64,000 bases of DNA from an uncultured Methanosarcinales archaeon (GCA_964385185.1 CAYLOA010000002.1:1-64000); one strand, 5' to 3'. Positions 30,159 through 40,081 are shown, numbered from the stretch's first letter. Notes: generated by a model not told the origin, from the sequence alone. A program made the numbers and translations.

Positions 30159-30929
30159 TTAACAGATAGGAAATGCTCCAGCTGGTCCCCACACCTTAAT
30201 ATAAGGTATTATATCATTAGCTCTCATCCGGAGAAAATCAAATCTATCAGGAAATTTGATAGCCTTAGCATAAGAGGCCCTTCCTTCTTGAGGTGTGAGT
30301 GTAGGGTTGCCATTTTCTATTGCCAACATTGCTTGATATAGTGCATTGGCAACAGGTCCTGCAATTTTTCTGAGTGTTTTGTAAGTAACGTTCGCTTCTT
30401 CCTTTGTGAGGTGCACTTGGGTTTGATGTAGTATTTTGCCTTTATCTAATTGTGGTGAGAGTTGAAGAACTGAAAGGTCAATATATTTTTGCTCACTAAG
30501 AGTACCATCTGCAATTTGATGTTCGATTGGACATCCTCCCCTGTATTTAGGAACTGCTGATGGATGAATACCGATGCAGTCGAACTCTCTAATTGCTTTT
30601 TGAGATAATTGCTCGAACATATTGGTGACAACGATATCCACATTGAAATCTCTTAGTTCAAGGTGTATATCTCTAGATCCTGAGTTTCGGTGATCGATAT
30701 TATACTTATCACAAATATCCGAAATTTGATCCTTGTGATTAGACCTTGCCATAGCTACATAGACTTTATTATTTAGAAGATGTTGTAGTGTTACTGCTCC
30801 AAAAGCACCCGTTCCTAAAAAGGCTACAGTTGACTCTAATTTTTCCTTTTCTCTTTTAGGTCTTGAGAATTTTAGTGGATCAAATCTAGAACGAAGGGGT
30901 GCTGATAAGATTAATGGAAGCATTAACAA
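30159..30929 (-). CDS. formyltransferase-family protein (Fmt-like N-terminal domain)
   Basis: FLGT..FG, HPS..PKYRG..PI, LD.G.I and PQ....SYA motifs. Confidence 0.78.
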   Translation of the reverse strand: MLMLPLILSAPLRSRFDPLKFSRPKREKEKLESTVAFLGTGAFGAVTLQHLLNNKVYVAMARSNHKDQISDICDKYNIDHRNSGSRDIHLELRDFNVDIVVTNMFEQLSQKAIREFDCIGIHPSAVPKYRGGCPIEHQIADGTLSEQKYIDLSVLQLSPQLDKGKILHQTQVHLTKEEANVTYKTLRKIAGPVANALYQAMLAIENGNPTLTPQEGRASYAKAIKFPDRFDFLRMRANDIIPYIKVWGPAGAFPIC

Positions 30930-30975
30930 ACTTAGATGTAGTTCTATATAAATATTATTGTATTCGTGTTGTAAT

Positions 30976-32691
30976 TTAGAATAAATTACTTATTGATTTT
31001 TCTATCATGTGGCCATATTGTGAACCTAGATAGAGTATATCTGGCAATCTCTCTTGGATAGCTTTTCCTAAGAAATACAGTCCAGTACAGGAGGTAACAT
31101 GATGCGCAGCCATTGCACTAATAGATCTCCAGTCCTTTTTTTCTGCTACTTTTCTTCTTGATTCTTTTTTAGAATTTTTAGATCTAGATGCAAATGTAAT
31201 TGCACCTACTCCTGGAACTAAGTCAATTGCATTAAAGGGTAAATCTTTTGTAACAACATAATTTACTGCATTCACTACGGCATGCTCAGTTTGAGTATTG
31301 CTTCCACCATATAATGGGATTTTTCTTGCAATAAGACTTCCAATATCTGTAAAGATAAGTTTGGGAAGTTTGTCTTCTCTATTTGCCATATATGTTTCAA
31401 CAGAGAATGCAAAATTGCCTATAATCGGCATTGTTGATGTTGCTAAAGCTTTAAGTGGCACATGTTTTCCTTGTATGAGATTTTGAGCACAACGTAATCC
31501 AGTATAGGCAAGTCTTTCTACTGACCCAGAAATTGCTAAACCTATTGTCATTTGAAGTGGAGAGATATAACCTGCTAGGGCTAGTGCAGGAATTCCTACG
31601 AAACTTAATACTTGTTCAAAGGGTTTTATGGCAAGCATGGTTGCTTGATCTCCAATGTATTCTGCAGTGGAATATTTTTCAATTTCGTCTTCCAAACTTT
31701 TTGTATCTTCTTCATTCAATCTGTTACTCCAAAATTTTACCATATTGTTAATCCACTTTTCTCCTAATTCTTGTTTGAATTTTCTAGAGAAAATAGCTTT
31801 TGCTAGGAATTGTGCAGGTTTAGTGACATAGTTTAATCCTTTTGAAATATATACTGAAGGTGCTTTTATGATCCAGAGTGATGGATGGTTATTGTAGAAT
31901 TCAGCAGTTTTTTCTGAAATATTTCCTTGGAGGAGCATATCATGAATACCTTTTTCTACTCTTGTATGAGCTTTCCAGTTAATATAATGTGTGGTGAGTA
32001 AGTTCACTTCATTTTTAAAATTTTCATAACCTCCTGATCCTAAAAATTTTCTTAAGTCTTTTTCATTATTGGAGATAAATGATCTTAATTTTGTATGATC
32101 CATATTATCAAAATTTAATTCTCCAGTTTTTAGTGTGGTATATATTGTTCTGAGGCTTCCTGTTGCGTAAGGAGGAACCCCTGATTCTAGATCAATCCAT
32201 GTCCACCTTTTATCGCCATTTTCTCCTGGTGTAAATAGAAAATTATTTTGTCCTGTTGGGTTCCAAGCTCCTGCTTGCCAATCAAGGCCGTAAAATCCAG
32301 ATTCTCTAAGATGATCTATAAGTCTGGTTCTTTTATGGGTGAGATCTTCTACTTCATCTTCAAGTCCTAGAGGAGTGTTAAACCTTGGATATCTTCCATC
32401 AATAAATTCTGTTTCGATATAATGAGCTTTTTTTTCTTCATCGTATCCATCAGATAATGCTCGAGATACCCTTAATTTTCCATGTGTCCAAAAATTACAT
32501 AAATCATCTAATACATTTCTTCTATGTCTTGCTGTTTTTACTGCGTCTACGTTTGAACGATAATCTAAAGGATTACCATATACAATAGAATTTGCAACAC
32601 TTGCTAGTTTTGAGCCAACAAAGTATTTAACGGCATTTCCTTCTTCATTCTTGTATACAACTGCAGATCTACCCCTACCTAATTCAATCAT
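30976..32691 (-). CDS. hypothetical protein with kinase-like N-terminus and hydrophobic C-terminal half
   Basis: ELGRGRSAVVY, AVK, TEFIDG, NNFL and WIDLES spaced like protein-kinase-fold motifs. Confidence 0.6.
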   Translation of the reverse strand: MIELGRGRSAVVYKNEEGNAVKYFVGSKLASVANSIVYGNPLDYRSNVDAVKTARHRRNVLDDLCNFWTHGKLRVSRALSDGYDEEKKAHYIETEFIDGRYPRFNTPLGLEDEVEDLTHKRTRLIDHLRESGFYGLDWQAGAWNPTGQNNFLFTPGENGDKRWTWIDLESGVPPYATGSLRTIYTTLKTGELNFDNMDHTKLRSFISNNEKDLRKFLGSGGYENFKNEVNLLTTHYINWKAHTRVEKGIHDMLLQGNISEKTAEFYNNHPSLWIIKAPSVYISKGLNYVTKPAQFLAKAIFSRKFKQELGEKWINNMVKFWSNRLNEEDTKSLEDEIEKYSTAEYIGDQATMLAIKPFEQVLSFVGIPALALAGYISPLQMTIGLAISGSVERLAYTGLRCAQNLIQGKHVPLKALATSTMPIIGNFAFSVETYMANREDKLPKLIFTDIGSLIARKIPLYGGSNTQTEHAVVNAVNYVVTKDLPFNAIDLVPGVGAITFASRSKNSKKESRRKVAEKKDWRSISAMAAHHVTSCTGLYFLGKAIQERLPDILYLGSQYGHMIEKSISNLF

Positions 32692-33214
32692 ACAGTTGGG
32701 AGTCTTGGGCGGTTTTTAAAACCTTCTCAAAACACTTTTTAAACCAGAATGAGTATAATTGTGGACTAGTTTTCATATCTTGGACAATTTCTTCAGGATT
32801 AGCCCATTTAAAGTCTTCCCCTTCTTCTGGGTTCATAATAACGTCTCCGTTATAGGTTCCCATAAAGACATGGAGAAATTCATGTTCGCTAATACCATTG
32901 TCAAAATTACATTGATAGATAGTTTCGTGTGATTTGTGTAGAGCCGTATCAAAGCCCATCTCTTCTTCTAGGCGTCTATGGATAGCTTCATTGAGTTTTT
33001 CTTCCACTCTCGGATGTGAGCAACAGGTATTACTCCATAATCCTCCAGAGTGATATTTACCTTTTGCTCTTTTTTGGAGAAGAATTTCTCCTTTTTCGTT
33101 GAAAATGTAGATTGAGAATGCTCTATGGAGAGCGTTATCTTGATGTGCTTTTAGTTTTTCAGCAGTGCCTATTTGATTATCGTTTCTGTCTACTAGGATT
33201 ATTGTTTCTGACAT
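32684..33214 (-). CDS. idi: isopentenyl-diphosphate delta-isomerase, type 1
   Basis: LHRAFS, LLQKRA..K, WSNTCCSHP, EEEMG, EHE and WF motifs. Confidence 0.95.
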   Translation of the reverse strand: MSETIILVDRNDNQIGTAEKLKAHQDNALHRAFSIYIFNEKGEILLQKRAKGKYHSGGLWSNTCCSHPRVEEKLNEAIHRRLEEEMGFDTALHKSHETIYQCNFDNGISEHEFLHVFMGTYNGDVIMNPEEGEDFKWANPEEIVQDMKTSPQLYSFWFKKCFEKVLKTAQDSQLYD

Positions 33215-33308
33215 TTGTGTTTGAATATTGAATTTGTTTTTAAGTTTTGTGGAATAAGTTGTTTTTGATTGAGGTAGATTTATATAGGGGCCTCAGATTT
33301 GGATGTTT

Positions 33309-33545
33309 ATGGCTAATGAATTAGTTTTTGCAAAACCAGATAGATCTTGTGATATAGCTAATAGATTGAAGGTTACGTTTGGTGACCGGATTTCTTTAGC
33401 TGATATTTCGATTGAAGTTATGTCCGCTCGAGTGAACGAAGGCAGAGATCCTGTCCAAATTCAAGAATCAGTAATTGGTTTATTACATCGATCTGGTTAT
33501 CGGGATAATGATTATGAACTGGTTAAAAATAGATATTCTACTTAA
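33309..33545 (+). CDS. small hypothetical protein
   Basis: Short ORF with TATA upstream. Confidence 0.45.
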   Translation: MANELVFAKPDRSCDIANRLKVTFGDRISLADISIEVMSARVNEGRDPVQIQESVIGLLHRSGYRDNDYELVKNRYST

Positions 33546-34738
33546 TCAATTACTTGTCCATTTCCATCTACTATCCATTTGTAAGAAGTTAATGCTTTCA
33601 TATCTATAGGTCCTTTATTATTTTGAGTGGAAACTCCTAAACTAGGACCTAATCCAAAGCCTTTAGCAGAATTGCATCGAGTGGATGCATTTTTGAAGAT
33701 ACATGAAGATTCAATGTTATGAAAAAATGCTTTAATGTTTTCATCATCTTCTGATAATATAGATTCTGTGTGTTGATTTCCGTATTCATTAATGAAAGCA
33801 ATAGCTTCCTGAACATCTGCAACTTGTTTTACACATACCGTGTTATTCTTTGCAGCTTTTTTATAATCAGCTTCTGTTGCTTCGTCTATTTCAAGCCATT
33901 TTTTAGTTTCTGGACACCCTTTTAATGTAATTTCCATATCTTTAAGTTTATTTTGGACAATCGGAAGAAAAGATTCAGCCATATCTTTATGGACTAAAAG
34001 ATTTTCCATAGAACTATCATCATTTTCTTTTTTAGCATCAGCTATTGTTTCTACAGCTACATAGGGATCTGCTTCACTATCGACATAGATAGAGTTATTT
34101 CCTGCATGTCCTGCTAACACATTGGAAAATTCATCTTTTACTTTTTCTACAAAGGTAATACTTCCTTGAGGGATTACAATGTCTGCATCAGTCTCTTCTT
34201 CTACTAATTGGATATCTAGAGCAACGTTTTCATGAGCCAAAGCTTCTGTAACGCAGGTGTAGAAGGCTTCTGCTGTATTTAGTATGGACTTTTCTGGCAT
34301 AATGTGTAATGAGTTTCCTGTTTTAATACACATAGCAGCTGCTGATGCAACTAATTGAGGTGCCGACTCTATCTTTAGCAGAACGGTTCCAATAGGGGTT
34401 CTTATTTTTCTTGCTATCATTCCATTTTTTGTAGTCCTTTGATGGATTATTTTGTTAATAGGATCGGGAAGGTTTATGAGTTCTTTTATACTATCTGTGA
34501 GAGCATTATGTTGATCTTCTTGGAGATTATCAATACCATCCTTGCCTTCACCAATTTTAATCTGAGATTTTTGTGATTTTAGATTCTCTACTAGTCGTAT
34601 AAGAACCAATTCTATCTCACTTGAAGAAAGATCTTTAATGGATTTTAAAGATTTAGGGGCAATATCCTCAACTTCTTTGAGTTCTTTTATTTCGATGTCA
34701 GGTTTGTCCAATTTCTGTTCCATTTCTTGAGGGAACAA
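33542..34738 (-). CDS. gamma-glutamyl phosphate reductase (ProA)-like protein, degenerate
   Basis: P.G, KTGN, YVD..AD, E.LLVH, HTESI, NASTR, G.STQ and GP....LT.YKW...G.GQ present. Catalytic Cys motif missing. Confidence 0.8.
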   Translation of the reverse strand: MFPQEMEQKLDKPDIEIKELKEVEDIAPKSLKSIKDLSSSEIELVLIRLVENLKSQKSQIKIGEGKDGIDNLQEDQHNALTDSIKELINLPDPINKIIHQRTTKNGMIARKIRTPIGTVLLKIESAPQLVASAAAMCIKTGNSLHIMPEKSILNTAEAFYTCVTEALAHENVALDIQLVEEETDADIVIPQGSITFVEKVKDEFSNVLAGHAGNNSIYVDSEADPYVAVETIADAKKENDDSSMENLLVHKDMAESFLPIVQNKLKDMEITLKGCPETKKWLEIDEATEADYKKAAKNNTVCVKQVADVQEAIAFINEYGNQHTESILSEDDENIKAFFHNIESSCIFKNASTRCNSAKGFGLGPSLGVSTQNNKGPIDMKALTSYKWIVDGNGQVID

Positions 34739-34802
34739 AACGACCTTTAAAAGTTTAGTTGTTTTAGAAACCTATATAATTGGTTATGTATTCTAGGAAT
34801 CT

Positions 34803-35507
34803 ATGAAGATTGCACCCAATATAGAGATGTTAGGATTAGGGATGAAAGTATATGACACATTGGTATTGTCAGATCTCCATATCGGTTATGAAGAAGCTTT
34901 GAATAAAGGTGGTGTGATGATTCCTCGTTTTCAATTTGACGAAATTATGAAAGAGTTAGAAGATTTAGTAAAAAAAGCAGGAAATTTAAGACGTATTGTC
35001 ATTAATGGCGATCTTAAACATGAATTTGGGACGATTTCTAATCAAGAGTGGAGACATACTTTGAAAGTATTGGATTTTTTGAGTTCTCAAGCAGAAGTAA
35101 TCTTAGTGCAAGGAAATCATGATACCATTTTAGGTCCTATTGCTCAGAAAAGAGAGATTCTTGTTGTGGATCATTTTATCGATAGAGATGTGATGTATGT
35201 CCATGGAAATAAGATTGTAGATATTCCTGATGAAGTAAATACTTTAGTAATTGGTCATGAACATCCTGCTGTTCGGATTGGAGACAATTCTCGTTCAGAA
35301 TTGTTTAAATGTTATCTTGTTGGGAAGTATAAAGATAAAAAACTCATTGTTTTGCCGAGTTTTCATTTTGTTACAGAAGGTCATGATATGCTAAAAGAGA
35401 AAGTGTTGAGTCCTTATCTTAAACAAGATATTTCTGATTTCAAGGTTATTGTTGTTGGTGATGAAATGATGAATTTTGGTGAATTAAGTAGTTTGGCACA
35501 AAACTAA
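34803..35507 (+). CDS. metallophosphoesterase (Lhr-associated MPE type)
   Basis: SDLHIG, NGD.KH, GNHD, HG, GHEHP and LPSF motifs. Confidence 0.88.
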   Translation: MKIAPNIEMLGLGMKVYDTLVLSDLHIGYEEALNKGGVMIPRFQFDEIMKELEDLVKKAGNLRRIVINGDLKHEFGTISNQEWRHTLKVLDFLSSQAEVILVQGNHDTILGPIAQKREILVVDHFIDRDVMYVHGNKIVDIPDEVNTLVIGHEHPAVRIGDNSRSELFKCYLVGKYKDKKLIVLPSFHFVTEGHDMLKEKVLSPYLKQDISDFKVIVVGDEMMNFGELSSLAQN

Positions 35508-35510
35508 ATA

Positions 35511-36164
35511 CTATAAATTACCATCCCATTCTTCATAGAACTGTTTAAGAAAATCTTCCATAGCATTGTGTCTATTATTTGCCATGAATTTTCCAGTCTT
35601 GGTATTCATCCTCTCTTTGAGCAAAAGCAGTTTTTCATAAAAATGGTTGATTGACGAAGATTCATGATTTTTATATTCTTCTTTTGTCATTCCTAGTTTA
35701 GGTTTAATTTCTGGATTGTATATTTCTCTATTTTTATATCCTCCAAAATTAAAAACTCTTGCTATTCCTATTGCTCCTAGTGCGTCTAGCCTATCTGCGT
35801 CTTGTACAATATCCAACTCATTTGATTTAAATTTTTGATCAAAATTACCACCTTTAAAAGAAATATTATTTATTATTTGTATAACATGTTGATTGATATC
35901 TGGTGCTATCTGTAATGATTCTAAGAAATCCTTTGCTTTTTTAGGTCCAATTGTTTCATCCCCATCATGAAATTTTGAGTCAGCTATATCATGGAGCAAT
36001 GCCCCAAGTTCTACAACTAACATATCTGCATTTTCTTTTTCTGCTATATGTTTTGATGTTTTCCAAACTCTATGTACATGCCACCAATCATGTCCACTTT
36101 CTGTACCAAATAATGTTTTTTTTACAAATTCTACTGTTTTTCCTATAATTTCATCGTTATCCAT
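35511..36164 (-). CDS. HD-domain phosphohydrolase (YedJ-like)
   Basis: GHDWWH..RV, LLHD, QDADRLDALGAIG and HFYEKLL motifs. Confidence 0.9.
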   Translation of the reverse strand: MDNDEIIGKTVEFVKKTLFGTESGHDWWHVHRVWKTSKHIAEKENADMLVVELGALLHDIADSKFHDGDETIGPKKAKDFLESLQIAPDINQHVIQIINNISFKGGNFDQKFKSNELDIVQDADRLDALGAIGIARVFNFGGYKNREIYNPEIKPKLGMTKEEYKNHESSSINHFYEKLLLLKERMNTKTGKFMANNRHNAMEDFLKQFYEEWDGNL

Positions 36165-36209
36165 GATGTGTAAAATAAACTTAAATTAATAAATCTATTG
36201 CTTACATTA

Positions 36210-37384
36210 TTATTTGCCAATAATATTTGCAAAATAATCTAACCAAATTTTAGAATTCTTATACAATTTATCTCTTCTCAATGTGTGAATTTGTCCAGGT
36301 TTAACAATTGGATCTTTTTGAAGTTCATTGAGTGATGTTAAAACACCCGATTGTGTCAAAAATAGTCCAGGGCCGGGGAATGATCCATATACAAAATTAG
36401 GCGGATGACCATTACATATTAAATTGATATATTTTCCTTCCCCTATTTCATATCTATTAATATTTGCAGTTGAACCTACTAGCTTAAAGTTTGTAGGATC
36501 AAATCCTAACTCATCATCAGGTGATGTTGCTGTTGCAATATACACATTGTTTCTAAGAGTGGGAAAGTCACTTTCTGTTATTGCATTATTTCCCGTTGCT
36601 GAAAAGATTATATCGCAATGGGCTAACACTTGATCTTTAGTTGCTAATGGAAAATTTTCGTTTGTTCTCATTTGTGCCATATGCAAAGGATCTCGATCAT
36701 GACAAAACATTTGTACACGATTTCCATGTAAAGTATGTACAATACTCTTTCCAATTTTACCTAACCCAATAACTCCTGCATAATCCATATATAGACAAGA
36801 AAAAGATGTTTCAGATTTTAGAATACTTTCAGTTGCTTGGACAATTTCAGTTCCGATATTTGTATCTTCTGTTTCTTTTAATGGACTTCGAGCAACTGAA
36901 TAGACGGGACATTTTATTTCTTGAACTACTTTTTCATATTTTTTATGTCCATTTTCTGTATCTTCTACTATCCCTACAAGTGTTTTTGATTGGCTTGTTT
37001 GAGAAAGACTTGGAGCTGAGGCAGCAAAATAACCGCCAATATCTAAAATTACATATTTACTTGTTGAAACTACATCTTGAACATATGCTAAAGCAACTTG
37101 ATTATCTAATAATTGAACTTTGTCAATTCCATCAGATATAGGTATTCCTTCTTTTTCTAATTCATCGATAATATCTGTTTGTTGATTGATTCCTTTTGGT
37201 ATAAATCCTGCAATATTGTATCCTTTTTTTGTAATGCTCTACAAAGTGGAATTTTATCAGCAACCAAATGGGCAACTACAATTACAGATAAGTCTTGATC
37301 TTTATTTTCATGCAATATGCTATCATGAAAACTTTCTACTTTTTCTGCGTATTCTTTTGAAAACAATACCATTTTTTCACCCAA
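36210..37384 (-). pseudogene. S-adenosylhomocysteine hydrolase-like gene interrupted by a single -1 frameshift at an A7 tract (37224-37230)
   Basis: Frame continuing from the tract reads ...LDIGGYF...GIVEDTENGH...SVARSPLK... and joins in frame the 36210-36788 Rossmann ORF (GLGKIG, ATGN). Repaired product about 391 aa. Confidence 0.75.
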
Positions 37385-37580
37385 TCTATGTTTACTTTAG
37401 TAATTCTTATTTGTGAATCGTTTATTTGCGATGGAATTAAGGGGTGTATAAATCTTTATAAAGTTATCTCTTTAGAGTAGTGAATTTATTGATACGATAC
37501 AATTCCCAGATAATCATTTACCTTAAAGAGGTCGTTTAATTTAACAATCTTTAAATATCACCTATGGTTGATAGATATCT

Positions 37581-37916
37581 ATGAAGGGGGCACTTACAAT
37601 AATTATATTAAGTATTGTTATCTTTACTGCTTGTAGTTCTACTGGTCAACATGACGAATTAGCACAATGTTTGGCTGATAATGGAGTTAGAATGTATGGA
37701 ACTTATTGGTGTCCACATTGTCAAGAACAGAAAGCAGATTTTGGCAAGAGTTGGAGATTGGTGCCGTATGTTGAATGTGCTACCTCAGATGGTGGTCAAA
37801 CTCGAATTTGTGAAGATGAAGGTATCGAAGGGTATCCAACTTGGGTATTTCCTGATGGTACGAGACAGAGTGGAAAACTTTCTTTTGAAACGTTGAGGAA
37901 TCTTGGTGGTTGTTAA
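37581..37916 (+). CDS. secreted thioredoxin-like protein (VKOR-associated Trx type)
   Basis: Lipoprotein-like signal, YG.YWCPHC..QK, YVEC and GYPTW motifs. Confidence 0.85.
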   Translation: MKGALTIIILSIVIFTACSSTGQHDELAQCLADNGVRMYGTYWCPHCQEQKADFGKSWRLVPYVECATSDGGQTRICEDEGIEGYPTWVFPDGTRQSGKLSFETLRNLGGC

Positions 37917-38533
37917 TGCGTAAAGGTTACAAAATTATTCTATTGTCCCTCATTTTTGGTGCTCTTTCAGGAGTGCTAGCTTCTCTTGTAATGATTAATT
38001 ATTACGTTCCTGATGAAGGTCATTTGATTAAAGAGTGGTATAAGGCAGAAGTTGCCGTAAGTGTAAGTCCTCATGGATTACGTAAGCATATGGCAAAAGG
38101 TGATGATACTTTCGTTATTGTTGATTTACGGAGTGATGAAGAATATAATGAGGAACATATTGTGACTGCGATTAATATTCCTGCTTACAAAGATCCAGAT
38201 ACATCAGCATATGGTGATGTAGAGAGAATTGTGAGTTCTTTTGCAAAGTTAAAAGCAGAAAATCCTGGAAAAGATATTATTGTATATTGTTATTCAATTC
38301 CTTGCATGACAGGACGGAAGATTGGTAAAATGTTATCTGAATTTGATATTTATGTTCAACATCTTGGCGTAGGGTGGAATGAATGGAGATATGATTGGGA
38401 GAGTTGGAATCATCATCATGAATGGGAGACAACCGATGTCATGGATTATATTGCAACAGGAAGTGAACCTGGAGCTATTGAAGGGGTGACCAAATCAACT
38501 GCGTGTCCTATCGACAACGAATTTGGTTGTTAG
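37916..38533 (+). CDS. membrane-anchored rhodanese-like protein
   Basis: VDLRS.EEY..EHI..AINIP, IIVYC and L..G..EW motifs. Confidence 0.85.
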   Translation: MRKGYKIILLSLIFGALSGVLASLVMINYYVPDEGHLIKEWYKAEVAVSVSPHGLRKHMAKGDDTFVIVDLRSDEEYNEEHIVTAINIPAYKDPDTSAYGDVERIVSSFAKLKAENPGKDIIVYCYSIPCMTGRKIGKMLSEFDIYVQHLGVGWNEWRYDWESWNHHHEWETTDVMDYIATGSEPGAIEGVTKSTACPIDNEFGC

Positions 38534-38694
38534 TTTTGTTAGGTCTTTCTAATATTGTTAATGCTCATATAGCTGGAGAAGCAGGTCTTGATGATATTCT
38601 ACATGGATTAACTACAGGAAGATTCTGGGTTAGTTTTTTAGTTGCTGTAGTTATTGTGAGTATATATTGTTGGTTATGTAAGAAGTATGGTTAG
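38503..38694 (+). CDS. possible small membrane protein
   Basis: Signal-like segment and one TM. Start overlaps the rhodanese gene and is uncertain. Confidence 0.35.
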   Translation: MSYRQRIWLLVLLGLSNIVNAHIAGEAGLDDILHGLTTGRFWVSFLVAVVIVSIYCWLCKKYG

Positions 38695-39638
38695 GTTGTT
38701 AGGTTTTTGGATGCAGGAATTCTTGCGCTTGACCTCAGAATATATGCACCACCTTGTTGATCGTATTCTTCTTTTAATGTCTCATATATTTTGTCCACTT
38801 TACCTTCGGTTAATTTAAAGAATAATCTCATACCTAGATATCTCATAGTTTTTTCAATAGCTAATCCCCATGTTTCTTGATTAAAAAATTGTGAAAACCT
38901 GTTTACTAATGAGTCATGTTTTGCTATTTGATCATCTATTGCAAGTTTATTGTGGCTTAATTCTGGATAGTTTTCTCTAAGTTCATCTTCGGCAATTCGT
39001 TCACGGGCTCGTTGCTTTATGACTACTGCAAGAGAACCCACATTGTAATGAATTACAGCATTATTTGCTACTTTAAATTCTCCAGGGCTATGGATCATAT
39101 ATAGCCATCCATCTTCTGCAAAAATATTTGATGGCATTTCTTTGAAATCATAACTGTCCATTTTTTCAAGTAATCTATCTTTTCTTGTAGCGTATATAGA
39201 TCCTGCGAGATGAAGTTGATTTGTGCCACCATACATAAAGGCAGCACACTTTGAAGATAGAGATCCAGAAAAATCTGTAGCTCTGGCTCTTCCCCCTACT
39301 GTTATAATGTTATCATCAAATGCATTAATGATATTTTCTAATGCCCATTGTTGAGGTGCAATATCTGCATCAAGAAAAAATAAGGTATTGTATTTGGCAT
39401 TTTGTACTAATGTGTTCCAAGCATTTGGTTTTCCAGGTCGATCATCTGTTAGTAATTTTACTCTCTTATCTGTTCTACTCCAACTTTGTACTACTTTTTC
39501 AGTATCGTCTTCACACGCATTGGCACATACAAGAATTTCATCCACTAGTGTTTGCGATAGACTTGTTAAGTATTCTAATGGGATTTTAATCGTTTTTTCT
39601 TCATTATATGCTGCTATACAAGCGGATGCAGGAATCAT
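38691..39638 (-). CDS. glycosyltransferase family 2
   Basis: AYNEE, GK.NA.N, FLDAD and ED motifs. Confidence 0.88.
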   Translation of the reverse strand: MIPASACIAAYNEEKTIKIPLEYLTSLSQTLVDEILVCANACEDDTEKVVQSWSRTDKRVKLLTDDRPGKPNAWNTLVQNAKYNTLFFLDADIAPQQWALENIINAFDDNIITVGGRARATDFSGSLSSKCAAFMYGGTNQLHLAGSIYATRKDRLLEKMDSYDFKEMPSNIFAEDGWLYMIHSPGEFKVANNAVIHYNVGSLAVVIKQRARERIAEDELRENYPELSHNKLAIDDQIAKHDSLVNRFSQFFNQETWGLAIEKTMRYLGMRLFFKLTEGKVDKIYETLKEEYDQQGGAYILRSSARIPASKNLTT

Positions 39639-39745
39639 ACTTATTGGAATTGGGCATTCATTCTTAAATCTTTACATTCTATATCATTACTTCTTAGTAA
39701 GGATTAATACATACATTTAAAAAAGAGATTAGATTTAGGATTTTT

Positions 39746-40081
39746 ATGATACCAAGTCAATTTAAACAAAACACTATCAAGTCTTTTAAGTATGTTCGAG
39801 ATGATATGGAACAATTAAGAGAACATGTGAGAACGCTTACTATTAACTATAATTATACCGTTCAAAGATTACTTTCTCTAGAGAAAGCTTATGCTCGATT
39901 ACGAAATGAGCAGAAAGTTGAAGTTCCTGTTAAAACAGAAGTTTTTGTGGCTTCAGCTAAAGGGGATAAGTATCATAAAACAAATTGTCCTTTTGCTAAG
40001 AACATAAAGTTTCCAAGAAGATTTGAAACAGGTGTGGAAGCAAGTAATCAAGGATTTAGTTCTTGTAGTTGTGTTATTTAA
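39746..40081 (+). CDS. coiled-coil protein with C-terminal Ada-like metal-binding motif
   Basis: FVAS....KYH...C..A..I......F.....A...G...C.C. Confidence 0.65.
   Translation: MIPSQFKQNTIKSFKYVRDDMEQLREHVRTLTINYNYTVQRLLSLEKAYARLRNEQKVEVPVKTEVFVASAKGDKYHKTNCPFAKNIKFPRRFETGVEASNQGFSSCSCVI

Noticed and set aside
36806..37141. 111-aa plus-strand ORF
   Set aside because: Antisense shadow of the frameshifted SAH-hydrolase-like reading frame.
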